A stretch of DNA of 63,696 nucleotides, filler included, from Sphacelaria rigidula (taxonomy: Eukaryota): assembly GCA_964200075.2 (NCBI GenBank). It is 10 parts of 10 records of this genome, joined end to end, with 100 filler letters (N's around TTAATTAATTAA, not from the genome) between each part and the next. Parts side by side here need not be neighbours in the genome. Positions count along the whole stretch, not along the records: positions 25,521 to 31,800 come from CAXNAA020021042.1; positions 31,901 to 38,180 come from CAXNAA020021043.1; 8 more parts are not named here. One strand, 5' to 3'. A program made the position numbers and the translations under genes. A model generated the notes under the pieces. That model was not told the origin of the DNA and ran no database searches. It saw only the letters and a program-made list of their open reading frames with translations. Shown piece by piece: positions 25,521 to 36,482 of the stretch (its first letter is position 1; each line of letters opens with the position of its first letter).

Positions 25521-26439
25521 CCTAGTGTCTAGGTGCGAACTTGGGGGGAGGGGGGGGGGGGGGGGTATTGGATACACTCGATTGGACCCCCTGATTGTGC
25601 CAAATGTGAGTACCCCCTGAGCGTGCATATTTTTTTGCTGGAAACGCTTGTGACCACGCCTCCACGCTTCTTTCATTCGCAGTCTTCGGGTGAATGATCG
25701 GAAATGGTCGATTTTACTGGACAACACAAAAAGGTATCGTAACTTGTACTTTAAAACATGAAATTTGTAGAGCTCTTTTTTCTTGTGAAGACAAGAACAA
25801 AAACAACAACAACTACGGCAGAGAAAAACGGCCGAAATTGAGATGCCTCGTTCGTCATGTACGATAATTGGCACACATACGTGGGCGAATCAAAGGGGCG
25901 TGTATGCATGGTCACAGGCTTTCTCCTAGAAATTTCTGAAGGCCCATGTTTCATCCCAACGTGAAAAAGAAAGAAAAAAGAAAAGAGAAGAGAGACAAAT
26001 TGTATGCATTCAGGATTATTGTAGTGCTCTTTAGCGGGTTATCCTCCCTCTTTTGGCCGTTCGTTTTCATTAGTTTTTTTTTCTTTTCCGTTGGATGGGT
26101 TGGACTCGCACACATACAGTACACCATTTTGTTGCGTGTGGTTTTTTGCTGAGGGCAGATTGATAGAAGTCCTTCATAGCGTTAAGAACAGCACCCGCGA
26201 TGCCTCCCCACGCGGCAGTGGTAGAAACATTGAAGCAACAGAGTCCTCAAGTTCAGCATGGTTAGGTAGGTTCTGCGACTTTGAGATCTCGCACATAGCT
26301 CGTAAAGAGGCCATGGTATTATAGCCATCAGGGCGTGTTGGCCATGCGATCCACGATCCACGATCGAACTCGCCGACGCTTTGTTTTGTAGTGTACGAGT
26401 AATATTCGGTAGGGTATGAGCATTTACTACGCAATTCAC

Positions 26440-26818
26440 TTGACTGACGGGTACCAGTGTGAAAGTCTTACAGAACTTACAGAACTGTCGGTTATCGATA
26501 CGGCAGTCTCACAGAACTTACAGAACTGCCGTCGGGTACCGGTATGCAAGTCTTACATAACCTACAGAACTTGTCAGGTACGGTGTGGAGGTTGCATAGA
26601 AACCCTTACCCGCGACCGCGTATTTCTACAAGCGTATACCCGTATCCCAGGTAACGGTAAACATCTCGTACAGATAGTACCGGCATGAGAGTCCTACAGA
26701 CTTACAGGGCTGTCGGGTTCGGGCATGGGAAGCTAATAGACTTCACAGAACCCGTCGGGTACGGGTACGACCCGGGTAAATACCCCGGGAATACAAACGG
26801 TCGTACCCTTCAAAACAA
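26440..26818. repeat. Degenerate ~40-bp tandem repeat block (CTTACAGAACTTACAGAACTGTCGGGTACCGGTATG-like)
   Basis: Several diverged units containing TACAGAAC and CGGGTAC motifs; probably the internal or subterminal repeats of a non-autonomous element. Confidence 0.7.
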
Positions 26819-27227
26819 CATCACCCCTAGAATTTTCCAAGAAAATAGGGAAGTCTAAAACGTCAGAATTTGGGCCGACTCACTCGAAGGTCCAACAATG
26901 GTTTAACGATCACCTGCCAAATTCCGCCGCATTGTTCAAATCTGTACGAAACGGATCTCGTAAGGTGCATGCATGATGCTATAACAGCGCGGAGACGAAA
27001 TAACCCGAAAATGAAAAATCGACCGCGTTTTCACGCATTTGACGCATCAAGCTAGCACCATATGCTTGACCGTGATGTGACGACAAGATTCTTGTTTTGC
27101 TTTCTCTTTTTTTCACGGGGGGGGGGGGGGGGGGGGAGTTGCTGCTTATGGATTTCGTTGCGTATCTTATATTTAGCCCTTTTGGAACTCGCGAGCAACA
27201 AAATGCCATCTACGAAAGTGCAGACAG

Positions 27228-27477
27228 TTAAGCCCTTTGGAACAGTTGATGGAAAAGTGACGATTTACAAACTCCCATATGCGAATTTTCGTCACCGGGG
27301 AAACGTCACTTGGAGTTTGGTGCACGAATCTGTGACATTAGTATACTTGAAGTTAGAGTGGTGCACCCTTTTGGCGGGCTGCATGATCAACACTATGCAC
27401 AAAAACAAGCATATATTGCCCAACAAAACGTCAGCTGTAAATCGTCACTTTTACATCAACGATCCCAAAAGGGTTAA
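27228..27477. mobile_element. piggyBac-type MITE (TTAA TSD), second copy
   Basis: TTAA|GCCCTTTGGAAC ... GATCCCAAAAGGG|TTAA. Shares ACTCCCATATG and CATTAGTATACTTGAA..AGAGTGGTGCACC with 7775-8009. Confidence 0.78.
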
Positions 27478-27840
27478 GCTGCTCGACTATTTTTCATCAT
27501 CTCGTTTCCGAGAATGATCCAGAGCGCAAAAGGTACGCCTTTACTTCGAGTTTCCTCGTAAAACAACTATACGTACGTTCAAACGTGCCATCATCTATTT
27601 TGTTATGACAAGTAGTGGCGAAATAAACTTCGAGATTTTGCCGTTTTTTTTCATGTCTTTCTTGTTCTCGCGTTTCCGTTCGCGCCGTCGCTTCTAATTT
27701 GCGTAGAAAATGGCAAATTTCCACGCGATTTATTTTTATAACGAATACTCTATCGATGCCTTCTCTTTATCTGCCCTACCTTCCCCACTCCTCCATTGAC
27801 TTCTCACGCCGGCCGGGGGGACGGGGGGGGGATAAGTCAG

Positions 27841-27973
27841 GCCTTCGGGTGAGCGAGATAAAGGCGGACGGTCATTGCCTGTACCGAGCCATGGCGGAGC
27901 AGTTGAGTGTGACAAAGCGGAGACCTGAGCTCACTGAAGAGTCTTACCCGCTCATGAGACAAGAGGCCGCCAG
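27841..27973 (+). CDS. OTUD6B: OTU deubiquitinase (OTUD6B/Otu2-like) exon with catalytic Cys
   Basis: cag| ... |gtgggc. Encodes (G)LRVSEIKADGHCLYRAMAEQL...LMRQEAA(R); DGHCLYRA is the OTU Cys box. Confidence 0.9.
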
Positions 27974-28331
27974 GTGGGCGATGGGGTGTGGTCATGCTGT
28001 GATGCTGTGATGCTGTGATGTTGTGATGTCATGATGTCATGGCGTCGGGGTTCGGTCAGAAACTTCCGTTTGCTGTGCGTTTGGAAGACGACCTATTTAT
28101 TTATAGTGTATATTGACACCTTGTGCACCTCGTGCGGCATGCTGTTGTTGTTGTTATTGTTGTTATTGTAAGGTACTTGTAAGATGAAAAAAAAAAAACT
28201 ACTGGGAGTCGATCCCTCAGCCCTCCGCCACAACCGGGTGAGCGTGCTCGACCTGTACCCTTTTAATTCACAACACCGGGACGTGACGGAGGAATATCCT
28301 TACAAGTGTTTATCTTGCTTAACAATACCAG

Positions 28332-28458
28332 GGAGCTACGATCATCCCCGGCAGACTACCTGCCGTTTATGGATGGAGTCCAGGAAGGCGAGGAGTTCGA
28401 GAGTTACTGTGCCAAAGTCGAGGGGAGCGCAGAATGGGGGGGCCAGCTCGAGCTACAG
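28332..28458 (+). CDS. OTUD6B: OTU deubiquitinase exon
   Basis: Phase-2 join, then ELRSSPADYLPFMDG...FESYCAKVEGSAEWGGQLELQ (WGGQLEL motif). Ends at a GC donor, CAG|GCAAGG. Confidence 0.9.
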
Positions 28459-28949
28459 GCAAGGGGTCTTGTTCGCACAGTACAGCTGCCGGTAGAAAGA
28501 CGGTAGATACCACCACCCGCCCCGCGCGCGCGCTTTGAGGAGATTTGACAGTGTCATCGTCAGTGACTCGAGTGATGTCATTTTCCAGACGTCGGATTCT
28601 GGTCCCCGAGGCACACATACCGCTCGTTCCTCTCAGAAGGTTGTTCGAAGTGTCATGCTCGGGCTGCTATTTGCTTCTGCGCCAGCATCATGAGTATATA
28701 CGGCCAACTCCTGAATACGAAGCCCTTTCAGGTAATGTGAAAATTATTCAAATCAATTAATCAATCAATCACAGCGCGACCGCCCCAATGACGGCATGTG
28801 CCCCCAGAGATTTGCCGTTCTAATCCATCCATATTCCCGATGATTCCCTTGTGTTAGGCCCTGGATACGTTCCGAAGGCTAGCTAGCATAACACCCCCTG
28901 TCTTCTCCAAAATCCCCTCATCTGCCCGCGCGTCTGCGGTTTCAAAAAG

Positions 28950-29108
28950 GCCTTATCGAGTGCTCTGTCAGTCCCCGTGGAAGTGTTCTCCGCGACCGCA
29001 CCGCCCGTGCTTCTGGGAGAGAGCCACGACGGACCTCCATTACTCCTGACATTTCACGAGCACTACTACGCTTTGGGGACCCACTATAATTCCGTTGTAC
29101 CATCGTGA
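28950..29108 (+). CDS. OTUD6B: OTU deubiquitinase terminal exon with catalytic His
   Basis: aag|ALSSALSVPVEVFSATAPPVLLGESHDGPPLLLTFHEHYYALGTHYNSVVPS*. The H..YxLGxHYNSV end is typical of OTUD6B/Otu2. Absent from the ORF track. Confidence 0.92.
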   Translation, partial: ALSSALSVPVEVFSATAPPVLLGESHDGPPLLLTFHEHYYALGTHYNSVVPS

Positions 29109-30295
29109 GCTACGCATGGAACAGTCATCATTTGTCGCCATGAGCCCGCGTGAGATCGGCACGGGCGGGGAGGGGCGGTTGAGGGATATTTACGGCTTGC
29201 AGATCGCAGCCATGGCTTGCTTGCCCGATGGAATAAGCACCTTCATTAACAATAGGATGAAAACTCTTTCGAAGTGCTTGATAGAGTAGGGTACGGGGTA
29301 CTGTACTATCAAAGCGGTGGCGGGTACCCCCCTGTTGTGAAACTTGTGAAGATCTTCCATGCGTGTGAAGTTGCGGCATACTCGGAGATCATGAAAATTT
29401 GAATTTTTTGTGTACGTGGCAATGTCGCAAAAGGCAATTCTAGCTCTTGAAGGACTTGGATATCTGACTCGGGTTGTCCTTGTCGTGGTCGTTTTCGAAG
29501 GTAGGGTTACGTAACTGGTACTCGCTTTGGTTCCGTATCCTGCACGAAGCAGTGGTCCCGTGTGTGACTGTTTTTCTCCGATGCCGTTGCAATGTAGAAT
29601 GGGGGGTTTCCCGACGCATCCAGCCGTATTCGACCATAATGGATAAATTTCCGCGAAAAATATTCTCCTCTTTTGTGGTGTTTCTACGTCATCGTTCATG
29701 TGTACGAGAGACCGTTTCGACTGCCTATCCAGCTGTCCTGTAACGATTACAACTGGACGTGTAGCTACGCTAGCTCAACACAATCGGACGGTTAATACGT
29801 CTCGGAGACCAAGCGTGGGTATGCCGTGGCTAGCTATAGCAAAACCTTGTGTGTACTGTAATTTGTGCGGCGGATTCTGTTGTTTCCCGGGAATATATTG
29901 TACATCCATCTGCTTCATTCTGCAGGGCATCGGCCTCTGGAAGTAAGTCACTTGTGATGGTGGTGAGTTATGCACTGATTTACCCAAGGCGATGGTGACC
30001 AAGCCAACCTCATTGTGCCGTTAGAAACATGAGCAATGAATGCTAATGCTACGATACAAGGGGGGTGGGGCGGGGGGGGCGTACTCATTTGTTGCTTGCC
30101 TTAGTCGTTTGACCATTGACCACGCCCCCCTTCCGAGACGGAGCACCGTTCCTACTCCTAATAGAGACACCTCTAACATTTCGGTGCTCATTATGTGTCT
30201 TCCATATATTACATCTTTTACATATCTTGGGGGGGGGGGGATGTACTCATGAATTTGCATGCCGTAGTCATATGACCATCGACCTCGCATCCCTA

Positions 30296-30795
30296 CATCC
30301 CTACAAAGCCGGGACGGAGTATGCCGGGTTTTCGCCGGACCCGGCTCGCTATCACCAAGCGCTAAGTGCCGTGATGTGTTCGGCGAGTCGCACGAGGAGT
30401 GGTCTGCATTCTGCTGACATGTTTCGGCCTGAAGTCTGCTCATGTTGCACATGGATAACCGAGGAGAGATGAGGTGGTCCCTTGATACCACGGACTCGTC
30501 CGGAGGAAGGGGAAGGGATGTTGTTCAAAGTGCGACAAGTAAATGTAAAACAAAAATGGATGACGCCTCCAATGAGTTGCTTCGTTTTTTAGTGTCGCCA
30601 CTCCCAGAGAGCCACGGGTTACACATTGCCTCATGGGTGTCTCACCATTTAAAGGCTACGTGGTACGATCGTCCCCTTTGCGCGTAGTTGAGGTTCTAGA
30701 CCCCGCACAATATTATGATGTAGCTCGACCAGCATCACATCATCATGGTCACCGCAAAAAAAAAAGCGAAACAAAAACTGGTGACCTGGTTACCT
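30296..30795 (+). repeat. Diverged dispersed repeat, unclassified
   Basis: Collinear with 38461-38840 (CATCC.TACAAAGCCGGGACGGAG, CCTCATGGGTGTCTCAC, GGT.ACCTGGTTAC). Confidence 0.7.
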
Positions 30796-31014
30796 AGCGT
30801 ACGCAGTAAGTGGCATGTTTTACAGCGTCGTTGCCAACCGATGCCCATCCGAAGGGGGGGTTGTGATACGGGGGAGGGGTGTGTGATAGATTGCACGCCA
30901 ACTTTGGTGTCCGTTCATGGGTGTGCTAAACGATTTACCTCTCATCGCATGCTCGCTGTGAGCTTTCACGTGGGTAAAATCATTAATCATGATGAAGCGG
31001 TATGGCCGCCTATA

Positions 31015-31607
31015 TACTCCCTCCGATCGAAAATTTAAGATCGGTGAGGACATATTGCAAAATATGTATAGACGTCTGGGCTATAGGAGGTTGGGAGTTC
31101 GATTCCCATCTCGCACACTCTTTTTTCCAAGTATATATATATTTTTTTTTTCCATGTTTTTTTTTCTCATCCTGCTGCTGCTTCGCTTACAACATTCCTT
31201 TTTTTGGCATCCTGTAATTTTGCCCCTGGTCAACACGAAAGTTTCATCTTGTTTTTTAAAATGTAGCTCTACAGGTAGCTACATATCACCAAGATTTCAT
31301 TCCAAAGCAAAAATCAGAAAGAAGCTTTTCTCCCTCCGTACGGGAGAAAAAACCACAGCCTAGTTTTCCATAATGACCAGATTTTAGGTGGATCCGTCTC
31401 GAGAAGTAGTGTAGTGGTCAAAACCAGGGGATGGATATTGAGCCATTCCCTGAAATTGATCATTTTCTCATCTGTTCGATCTGTCAGAGCAAGCAAGAGA
31501 AAAAAAATGGGTCAAAACGATGCCTTCTACTATATCGCTCGAAACTACAAACCGTTTTTATATTCCGAATTTTCTTACTGATCTTATATTTTCGATCGGA
31601 GGGAGTA
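31015..31607. mobile_element. Stowaway/Tc1-mariner-type MITE (TA TSD)
   Basis: TA|CTCCCTCCGATCGAAAATTTAAGATC ... GATCTTATATTTTCGATCGGAGGGAG|TA; CTCCCTCCG is the Stowaway terminus. Confidence 0.88.
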
Positions 31608-31800
31608 TATAGTATGTCATGCGGACGCCACCAAAAGCTTTCACAAAAGAGAGGTTTGCTGCCTGCAGCACCGCTTCACAGTGCCTTCCAATCGTACGAT
31701 CCCGCTAGAAGGGTCACTCACAGTTGAGACATCGGGTACAAACAGCCGATCATCTATGTTGAGGATGGTGCTTTTCATTGAGGATGAGAACCCGGAGGAT

Positions 31801-31900
31801 NNNNNNNNNNNNNNNNNNNNNNNNNNNNNNNNNNNNNNNNNNNNTTAATTAATTAANNNNNNNNNNNNNNNNNNNNNNNNNNNNNNNNNNNNNNNNNNNN
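31801..31900. other. Artificial contig linker
   Basis: N44-TTAATTAATTAA-N44. Confidence 0.97.
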
Positions 31901-32072
31901 GTTGTCAGCCTTTACAACACCTTATCATTATTTGGAGTGAAAACTCCGCAACCCTGTATCATCTGGCCTGGGCTACACATCAAGAGTCATCATCTACAGG
32001 ATGCCCTTGTCCCCTGGTCATCATCCAGGATCCACTATATACTCAATCGTGTCGGCGTGATTTCGCCACACA

Positions 32073-33178
32073 CCTCAATGGGGGATGTTTCGTAACCCAA
32101 TACAAAGGTAACGTGCTGTACACCAAAGAGTCACCGCCGGTGTATGAAACCAGTCCGCCGGCGTCATGGCAGTCGTCAGTCGTGACACATGTGTTGTCGC
32201 GTACGGAAACGATAGGACACCGACTCGCTGACGCGGGGTCTGGTTTCAGAAACCGCGAACAAATGCACCATGTGCGACGGTTTGAGCTCGGGTTCAGATC
32301 TTCGCGCGAAGTGTAGACTGTCATGAAGGATTTCACTCTCTGGCATGCCTTACCTGGTTTCAGAAACCAGCCCCATACAAGAACACAAGCAGGGGGTTTG
32401 TAACCCAACACAAACGTTACCTACTGTACGCCAAACGTTATATGTGAAACCAGTCCGCCGGCGTCATGGCAATCGTCAGTCGTGACACACATGTGTTGTC
32501 GCGTACAGAAACGATAGGACACCGACTCGCTTACGCGGGGTCTGGTTTCAGAAACCACGAAGAAATGCACCATGTGCGACGGTTTGAGCTCGGGTTCGGA
32601 TCTTCGCGCGAAGTGTTGACTGTCATGAAGGATTTCACTCTCTGGCATGCCTTACCTGGTTTCAGAAACCAGCCCCATACAAGCGCCTCAATGGGGGACG
32701 TTTCGTAACCCAATACAAAGGTAACGTGCTGTACGCCAAAGAGTTACCGCCGGTATATGAAACCAGTCAGTCGACATCACAGCAGTCATCAGTCTTAACA
32801 GATGTGTTGACGCGTACGGAAACGATGGGACACCGACTCGCTTACGCGAGGTCTGGTTTCAGAAACCACGAAGAAATGCACCATGTGCGACGGTTTGAGC
32901 TCGGGTTCAGATCTTCGCGCGAAGCCTCGACTGCCATGGAGGATCTCATTTCTTGGCATAATTCACCTGGTTTCAGAAACCAGCCCCATACAAGCACCTC
33001 AAGGGGGTTGTTTAGCAACCCAAAAACAAACGTTACCTGCTGTGCGCCAAAGACTTACCGCCGGCGTATGAAAACAGTCCTTCGGCATCACAGCGGTCGT
33101 ACGTTGTGACACACATGTTGATGCGTACGGAAACGAAAGCACATCGACTCACTTACACGGGGGTCTGGTTTCAGATAC
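32073..33178. repeat. Tandem array, ~3.5 units of ~302-312 bp, each with two GGTTTCAGAAACC palindromes
   Basis: Palindrome starts at 32242, 32356, 32544, 32658, 32855, 32969 and (degenerate) 33167; the sequences between them are also repeated. Confidence 0.9.
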
Positions 33179-34805
33179 AAAGAACAAGTGCACTATCACC
33201 GAGGGGAGTGGAATTATACTCGGCGCAAGCGCGGGAGGTCACGCGCCAATATAGTTTACTCGGCTTATGCGACAACGTGTGAAGCATCACGTCAAACACC
33301 TTCCACGACACATACGTATAACGTCACCAGTGTCATCTATCGCGCTGGTCTCGAGTACGCTATTCACTGGGTTACGAGGCAGACGTCACGTGTGTGCATC
33401 CTGTAGGATGTACCGTCGTTGCAGTGCTGCCCCTGTCGTTGCACATGTGCAAAACAGAAGCACCTGGCTTACCAACCAAAAGTACGTGGCGCATCGGAGA
33501 ACCATACATCACATGATTCCTTGCTGGATAGTCATGGCATCCCTCCATTAGACCCTTGGGTTATGGTATTGCTCTGCTCTGCCATCCCCTGCAGTTACCA
33601 CGCCTGGTGAGACGATGGGTGGTGAATGCGACACTCTCCTCTGACGCAATATTCGTAGTGTCCCTCATGTACCCCATGCGTGTCGCCGTCAGCTGCAGAA
33701 ACCGTGCATGAGCTCGGCGATTGAGATTATATTCCCGATCGTCCAGCAGGGGTCCATGACGATGGACATAGAGTCAATCTCACACAACTGGAACTAGCGT
33801 TCGGTCTTGAAGGGACTCATCGTGGGCGGTAGCTGTGACCAAACAAAGAACCAAAACGGATGCGAACCCTGTGGCGTCAGTTCGTGTACTATATCAAGCA
33901 ACCCCTGATCACACACATGTCCTGTGGCCTCGTGGAGGTGAGAGCGACCCATCTAAGCTCGTGTGTCGGGGGAACATTGTTCGCGCACATACATCGAGAT
34001 GGACAACCGTATTTCCCGGAGGGAAGATGACAAAGGTGGGGACGTCTTCAACTGGAAGGACATAGGATACCGCAAAGTCTTCAAGCATGGTCTGGATGGG
34101 CCAAATCCTGTCTCGTCGGAAAGAGCTCAGAGCAGACTTGCAAAGACGAATCCCCGCGACAGAAACAAACCTCGCTTCGCGATGGGGCCACGGGGAGTGC
34201 ATCATGTGCCGGTGTAGGGGCGCACCCGTACTCATTCGACGCCATCATCACCGTTTGCATCCTCGTCCGTATATATGAGTTCAAATCGTGGAAGTTCTAT
34301 CTCAGTGGTGCTCGCTGTTGCAGCGGTCAGACAAGTGGCAGAACTGTTTACCGCGATCACAGTGATTAAATGTAGTGTGGACGGTGAGAGAACGGCACTG
34401 TCCATAAGATGCATTTCCTCATCACCGGAGGTATTTTCGCCTGCGCAGCCTCCCAAAGGGTGAGCATACGATGCAATGTGCAGGATTCACAACCCCGGTT
34501 TTCGAACGAGCGTCACTGTTGACCTCCACATGAGTGGATGACGTTACGAGACTTCTTGCAAATCGCTGCAGTCGTGGTTTTGGCAACCATTATGTGCAGT
34601 ATCTGGTTTCCGAAACCAAGACTGTGGAGAGCGTACCGTCTGAGTGCGCCCCCACAACTGTTCATTTGTTCAACTAAAGTGCCTCGCAAACGACCGTGGA
34701 CGTAACTCTTGCAAGCGCTCTCCGTCGGCGTCCCGCAAAATGCATCGCATTGTTCAGGCGAAGATTCAGGCTGTTCTACGGAATATTCAAGTGAATACCT
34801 GTCAG

Positions 34806-35013
34806 ACGGTTATCCCCAACACTGAAGCCGAGATGTGGAAGGCGCTTGTTTCCGACATACGTAAGGAAGGTGACGACGGCGATGGCAGGAAGAGGCGCGA
34901 ACGTCCGGTCGCCCGCAACCTCGACGCCAACGACCGCATCCGCAAGGGTGGGTGCGGCTTTGCGACGGCGTATGTTTTCGCCCCGCAGTGGACCATGCCG
35001 AAGAAGAGGATGG
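34806..35013 (+). CDS. Putative exon of an unknown protein
   Basis: cag|TVIPNTEAEMWKALVSDIRKEGDDGDGRKRRERP...WTMPKKRM|gtgc, with a G/C third-position bias. No family recognised. Confidence 0.35.
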
Positions 35014-35628
35014 GTGCATCGAAGCTATCCTCTATTCAGTTCAACGGCGATCGGTCGAAACGGTACATCTATTTGCTCGGAGGTGGGGATAGATCCATAC
35101 TCCGATTGATTCGGGATGGAAATAATATGCCCTCGAAGACCGCTGCTGATGCGACGAAGTGGCGGAGCACGAAAGCAGCTCCGGAGACAGGACGTCAGAC
35201 TCGGGCCGGATGTGGGTGGCGTTCTCAGTAGAAACTATTGCCGCAGAACCAAGTACTGGGAAAGCGCGTCCTAACCCTATGTGTCCTGGGACAGTGGCGG
35301 GAGGTTTTTTCTCCGGGGAGGGGGGGGTCGTTTGGAACTTTTACGCCACAGGACATGCCGTGTGGTCATATCATCTCCCCTTTATTATTGTGGCTGTCAT
35401 GAAAATCTATGATATACAAAGCAAGGCTGCTGTGTTTCTCCACTTGGTCTGAAAGAGTTTCCGTGGTAGCCCTTCTCCATCATTTGTGTCCTGATATTTT
35501 TGTCCCTCCACATCGTTTGTGTCCCCAGTATTGTACTGTAGATACGTGGAGCTATGCATGGCTTGGCAGAGAATTATTCAGAGCTCAGCATACGTTAAGC
35601 ACGCACGGCGTCTTCTGTTGTGAACAGA

Positions 35629-35880
35629 CTTTCTACGATAGCCCCCCCCCCCCCCCCCAAACTAGCCCGAATCTGTCACGAAGAAAGTGGTCGTACAACC
35701 TCCGATGTTTGAGTTCAGGCTGAATAAAGCGCCTCAAATGGGCGACATTGACGGAAACAAACCCAAGCGCAGGAATTCCCGGCTGCTCGTTGTGCCTGCC
35801 TTTTTTTATTTCGATTTAGCTGCAGATTTTGCCTCCCCAAACCAGCCACTATTTGTTTTGGGGGGGGCTATGGTAGAAAG
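35629..35880 (+). mobile_element. GAC-terminus MITE family, near full-length copy
   Basis: TIRs CTTTCTACGATAGCCCCCCC / GGGGGGGCTATGGTAGAAAG, ~250 bp. Internal sequence is shared with 51039-51181 and 62361-62595. Confidence 0.82.
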
Positions 35881-36254
35881 CTGAGATTTTATGAATATGC
35901 TTTAGCGATACTCTTCCGTCGCAATGTTGTCGTGAATGAAGCAGCTAACCTGAAATTAGGGGCAATATTGTCGTTCTTGCCTCGGTCTCCATTATCTCTT
36001 TCGAGGGGGGGGTTTGGTGGGGTCACACGGACCCTGTGTCCAACATCGCCCGTCTGACGAATCACCAACCTTGTGGACTGGTCGGCATCGTGTCAACCTA
36101 CGAAAAAGCCGAGCGCACCGAATAGATGGGAAGTGCCAGGCTTGGTATCGTTTTCGCCAGTATCGCCCACATGAGACGCGTCTCGTTGTGAAAACTCAGC
36201 GATCATGCCCATGTGAGGCGGGTCATGCACTGAGAAACCAGCTCTGACGCCGTA

Positions 36255-36482
36255 TATGTGGCCAATTCTTCTATGCACTTTTTGGGCTGTTTCGTTTGGG
36301 GGGGGCTATCGTAGAAAGTGTCCGTTGAGGACGCGTGTTGCAATCCTAAACCAGTTATCACGCCCATATGTTGAAGACTGCAGTGATTTGTGCAATCCTA
36401 AACCAGCTCTGGCGCACAACATGGGCGATTCTTTGATGCAATTTTTGGCCTGTTTTGGGGGGGGGCTATCGCAGAAAGTGTC
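36255..36482. repeat. Two tandem terminal fragments ending G-run-CTATCG(T/C)AGAAAGTGTC
   Basis: The same TIR as the GAC-terminus family occurs twice, ~160 bp apart; similar to 10-57. Confidence 0.6.

Noticed and set aside
32073..33178. CRISPR-like array (palindromic repeats at regular spacing)
   Set aside because: The intervening sequences are themselves repeated and ~100-190 bp long, there are no cas genes, and the context is eukaryotic.
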